Both the position numbers and the translations under genes were made by a program. A DNA stretch of 64,000 nt. Origin: Anaerolineaceae bacterium. GTDB lineage: Bacteria; Chloroflexota; Anaerolineae; Anaerolineales; Anaerolineaceae. A model generated the notes under the pieces. The model had not been told where the DNA came from. It searched no databases and was given only the letters and a program-made list of their open reading frames with translations. Shown piece after piece: positions 61,747-64,000 of the stretch (the first letter of the stretch is position 1; the number at the start of each line of letters is the position of its first letter). Location of the stretch: the NCBI GenBank assembly GCA_029265815.1, contig JAJUGU010000002.1, positions 210,061 to 274,060 of the forward strand. The letters are read 5' to 3'.

Positions 61747-62514
61747 ATGATAAGGAAAATACTATGGATGATGATCCTGCTGGTGATGACAGGTTGTACA
61801 ATTCTCTTCTCTGAGGGAGGAGAAATTATTGTGAATCCCACTCCCACTACTTCGGCGTGTGTGGATTGCACACCTGTTCCAACAGAAATGATTATCTCTA
61901 CAGAAACACCAGAACCAGCAGTTACGGATTTGCCAACATCTGAACCTGTGACGGCTACCCCCGAACCGACCCAGACTCTGGAGGCTACTGCGACTCTAGA
62001 GCCAATCTTTACATCTACTGTGGTTCCACCTACGGCTACAATGACATTCATTCCAGCAACGGCTACGAATACTGCTATTCCGCCCACAGCTACAAAAACG
62101 GCTATTCCATCAGCCACCAGTACTTCCACAACAGAGATCTATGTTGTTCAACCGGCAACCCCGGTTTTCATGCAAAATTTCATTCACACAACTGAAGGGT
62201 GCGCATGGCAGGGAGTGGCTGGACAAGTTTTCGATGCTTCTGGGAAACCTGTGACCAATTTGATTGTAAAGGTTTCAGGATTTTGGGAAGGCAAAGGTAT
62301 TTCTCTGGTAGGTATCACTGGGATGGTAAGCGGCTTACCTTACGGCCCTGGCAGCTATGAAATCGTACTGGGTAACGCTGCCTATGATACCGTGGATCAA
62401 CTTCAAATTCAGATCTTCAGTTCCAATCAAACACCCTTGACCGTTCCCTTATCTTTTAGCACTTCTGCTGACTGCTCAAAGAACCTGGTTATGATCAACT
62501 TCAAAGCTAAATAA
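61747..62514 (+). CDS. Thr/Pro-rich lipoprotein with a C-terminal beta-sandwich-like domain
   Basis: The start is ATG 61747, with the SD ggagg 5 nt upstream; the track ORF starts at 61726. The lipobox is LLVMTGC. A ~110-aa T/P/A/E-rich linker follows. The folded C-terminal ~110 aa include GCAWQGVAGQVFDASGKPVTNLIVKVSG. Confidence 0.75.
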   Translation: MIRKILWMMILLVMTGCTILFSEGGEIIVNPTPTTSACVDCTPVPTEMIISTETPEPAVTDLPTSEPVTATPEPTQTLEATATLEPIFTSTVVPPTATMTFIPATATNTAIPPTATKTAIPSATSTSTTEIYVVQPATPVFMQNFIHTTEGCAWQGVAGQVFDASGKPVTNLIVKVSGFWEGKGISLVGITGMVSGLPYGPGSYEIVLGNAAYDTVDQLQIQIFSSNQTPLTVPLSFSTSADCSKNLVMINFKAK

Positions 62515-62527
62515 CATAGAAATTCAT

Positions 62528-62565
62528 ACACCCCGGAGAGTAACAAACCTCCGGGGTGTTTTATT
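62528..62565 (+). terminator. Rho-independent terminator
   Basis: acaccccggag-agtaacaaac-ctccggggtgt forms an 11-bp stem followed by tttatt. Confidence 0.8.
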
Positions 62566-62583
62566 GCGTGTATAATTTATCAA

Positions 62584-63393
62584 ATGGTAATGGAAACTAA
62601 AGAACAACTCCATGATTTCTATCCCCACAACTTGATGCGGCACATGATGCGTTGGTGGTGGGTTGTTATGATTTTTGCTATAACAGGCGGGCTGACTGGT
62701 TTTCTGATTTCTCACGTTCAAAAACCCGTTTATGAGTCTAACTCAGTGATCACGACAACAATAGATTATGCTTATGCTGGAAGACTCAACGATTACATGG
62801 TTGATCACCTTATCACCGCAATCGGGGATGTCATCGATTCTTCTCAGGTGATTGATAAAGTATTGGAAGAGGCTGACAGTGCTGGAATCGACCTGGATGA
62901 AGAGGTGATTAAGGATGGATTAACGAAATCGAGGCAAGGATATCGATGGGTTTTAAGCAGCCGGTACCAAGACCCAAAACTTGCTGTTCAGATCAACCAG
63001 CTTTGGATGTCAACAGCCGTTGATGCACTCGAAGAATTGAGACTCTCAAGCTTTCAAGCTTTAGATAATCTTACCTATCAGCATGCGGTGGAATCTTGTT
63101 TCAGCCAGGCAGTCATTCTGGAGCCCTCATCTGCCTATTGCACCGTTGAAAATTTCCAACAGCTGCAATTGGATGTAAAAGAATACTATCACAATGGATC
63201 GAGCCAATCGTTGGTGAATCAAATTCAGATTTCGAAAATCAGCTTTCAAGTGACGCAGACTCCAAGTATTCCAGATGAACCAGTATTGCACAATACCAAT
63301 TTAGCCACGGTTGCAGGTTGCGCGGCAGGCTTAATTTTGGCGTTATTCTTTTTTCTCTCTGGTAATCCCAGAATCAGTATGCAAGGAAAATGA
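62584..63393 (+). CDS. Wzz-like polysaccharide co-polymerase (chain-length determinant), short form
   Basis: 269 aa. The N-terminal TM is WWWVVMIFAITGGLTGFLI, followed by a helical extracytoplasmic region and the C-terminal TM LATVAGCAAGLILALFFFL. Confidence 0.6.
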   Translation: MVMETKEQLHDFYPHNLMRHMMRWWWVVMIFAITGGLTGFLISHVQKPVYESNSVITTTIDYAYAGRLNDYMVDHLITAIGDVIDSSQVIDKVLEEADSAGIDLDEEVIKDGLTKSRQGYRWVLSSRYQDPKLAVQINQLWMSTAVDALEELRLSSFQALDNLTYQHAVESCFSQAVILEPSSAYCTVENFQQLQLDVKEYYHNGSSQSLVNQIQISKISFQVTQTPSIPDEPVLHNTNLATVAGCAAGLILALFFFLSGNPRISMQGK

Positions 63394-63394
63394 C

Positions 63395-64000
63395 GTGGCA
63401 TCCAGGTTCGTTGATCGTCTGATATGGATTCTTTGGGTGCTGGTTGTTGCTGCACTGCCTTTCACCAGTGTTCCCCTGGTATCAAAACTGATCAGATCTA
63501 CTGCTGTGGCTCCAGGTTCTCTTCTTTTTGTCATTCCCCTAGCGGTGATTGCTTTTCCGTTGATGATTAAACGTAAACAAGCCCTACCATTTCAATCAAA
63601 ATCAGCCCTTTTTTTCTTCCTTTATGTATTTTTAACTGTATTTGTGGCGTTCTTTCGTAACGTTCCTGATTACAAGGATCAAACCATTCTCTCTGCTGCA
63701 GTCGAGGGAATTGCCACATCGGGATTGGGATTACTCTTCCTTTTCGTTTTTATGAGCATACCGAATAATTGGCAGAAAATTGACCTGACAATGCGAATCT
63801 TAAACTGGACAGGACTTGTGTCGATTGTGTGGTCAATCATCACCGGTGTTGTACCTGTAGAAATGCGGACACTGCGTCACATCATTGGTGTGGTGCAGGA
63901 CTACACCACCACTACCAAATTATTTGAAGGCAGAATGACAGGTTTCGCAGCTGAACCTTCCTGGCTTGCGCACATGCTCAATTTAGTATTCCTGGCATAC
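63395..64000 (+). CDS. Polytopic membrane protein, probably Wzy_C/O-antigen-ligase-like (partial; runs off the window)
   Basis: It is absent from the track because there is no stop in the window. My translation from GTG 63395 stays open for 202 codons to the window edge: VASRFVDRLIWILWVLVVAALPF...RMTGFAAEPSWLAHMLNLVFLAY. It begins 2 nt after the upstream stop. Confidence 0.55.
   Translation, partial: MASRFVDRLIWILWVLVVAALPFTSVPLVSKLIRSTAVAPGSLLFVIPLAVIAFPLMIKRKQALPFQSKSALFFFLYVFLTVFVAFFRNVPDYKDQTILSAAVEGIATSGLGLLFLFVFMSIPNNWQKIDLTMRILNWTGLVSIVWSIITGVVPVEMRTLRHIIGVVQDYTTTTKLFEGRMTGFAAEPSWLAHMLNLVFLAY

Noticed and set aside
61632-62129. A 165-aa Gly/Val-rich ORF on the minus strand.
   Set aside because: It has the same antisense-shadow explanation, this time from the TP-rich linker of the lipoprotein gene 61747-62514.

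Overview
This is a densely coding 64-kb chromosomal window with about 60 genes. I recognised no rRNA, tRNA, CRISPR array, transposase, integrase or classical defence gene. All family calls come from reading motifs and architecture by eye in the supplied translations and the DNA; no search or alignment was run.

Layout:
(1) 122-27785, all on the + strand, is one long Wzx/Wzy-type glycan-assembly locus. It holds a flippase, several GT4 glycosyltransferases, a Wzy_C-domain protein, SDR epimerases/dehydratases and an NDP-sugar module. It also holds three DegT-family genes, two of them a tandem paralogue pair, and a domain-permuted priming phosphoglycosyl transferase. A Wzz/BY-kinase-like protein in the locus has no Tyr cluster and carries a ~490-aa disordered Lys/Ser tail. 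A GT-C-like membrane protein closes the locus. Embedded in it are a 1395-aa secreted Thr/Pro-rich protein and a second Thr/Pro-rich exported protein.
(2) 27.8-31.2 kb encodes small envelope proteins, including a GGD-repeat beta-helix/SHOCT-like pair behind a near-consensus promoter.
(3) 31.2-33.5 kb is an F0-only ATP synthase operon (atpZ/I-like, a, c) ending in a b subunit fused to only the C-terminal domain of delta. The next gene is murE, and no F1 genes are present.
(4) 35-45 kb is housekeeping: a GyrI-like/WYL pair, rpsO-pnp, an operon of hypothetical-MazG-LOG-proS-HEAT-like genes, and an EF-G paralogue.
(5) 45.4-49.3 kb is a translationally coupled exported FG-GAP-like/DUF3160-like/CapA-like operon.
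(6) 49.3-56.2 kb holds a GNAT, a DHH-CBS-CCA/polyA-polymerase fusion, a ThiF/MoeB E1, a PIG-L deacetylase, Trx-DUF2892 plus a standalone DUF2892, and a coiled-coil/PH-like/zinc-ribbon protein.
(7) 56.2-64.0 kb is a second glycan locus: a WbuB-like GT, a heparinase II/III-like protein, a bi-domain oxidoreductase, a Thr/Pro-rich lipoprotein, a Wzz-like protein and a partial Wzy_C-like gene running off the window.

The most interesting hypothesis is that the glycan loci plus their co-encoded Thr/Pro-rich exported proteins form a protein O-glycosylation system like an S-layer glycan locus. My taxonomic impression is Chloroflexota/Anaerolineae-like. That is inference only, based on the TP-rich linkers, the archaeal-type ProRS and the DHH-CBS-CCA fusion.
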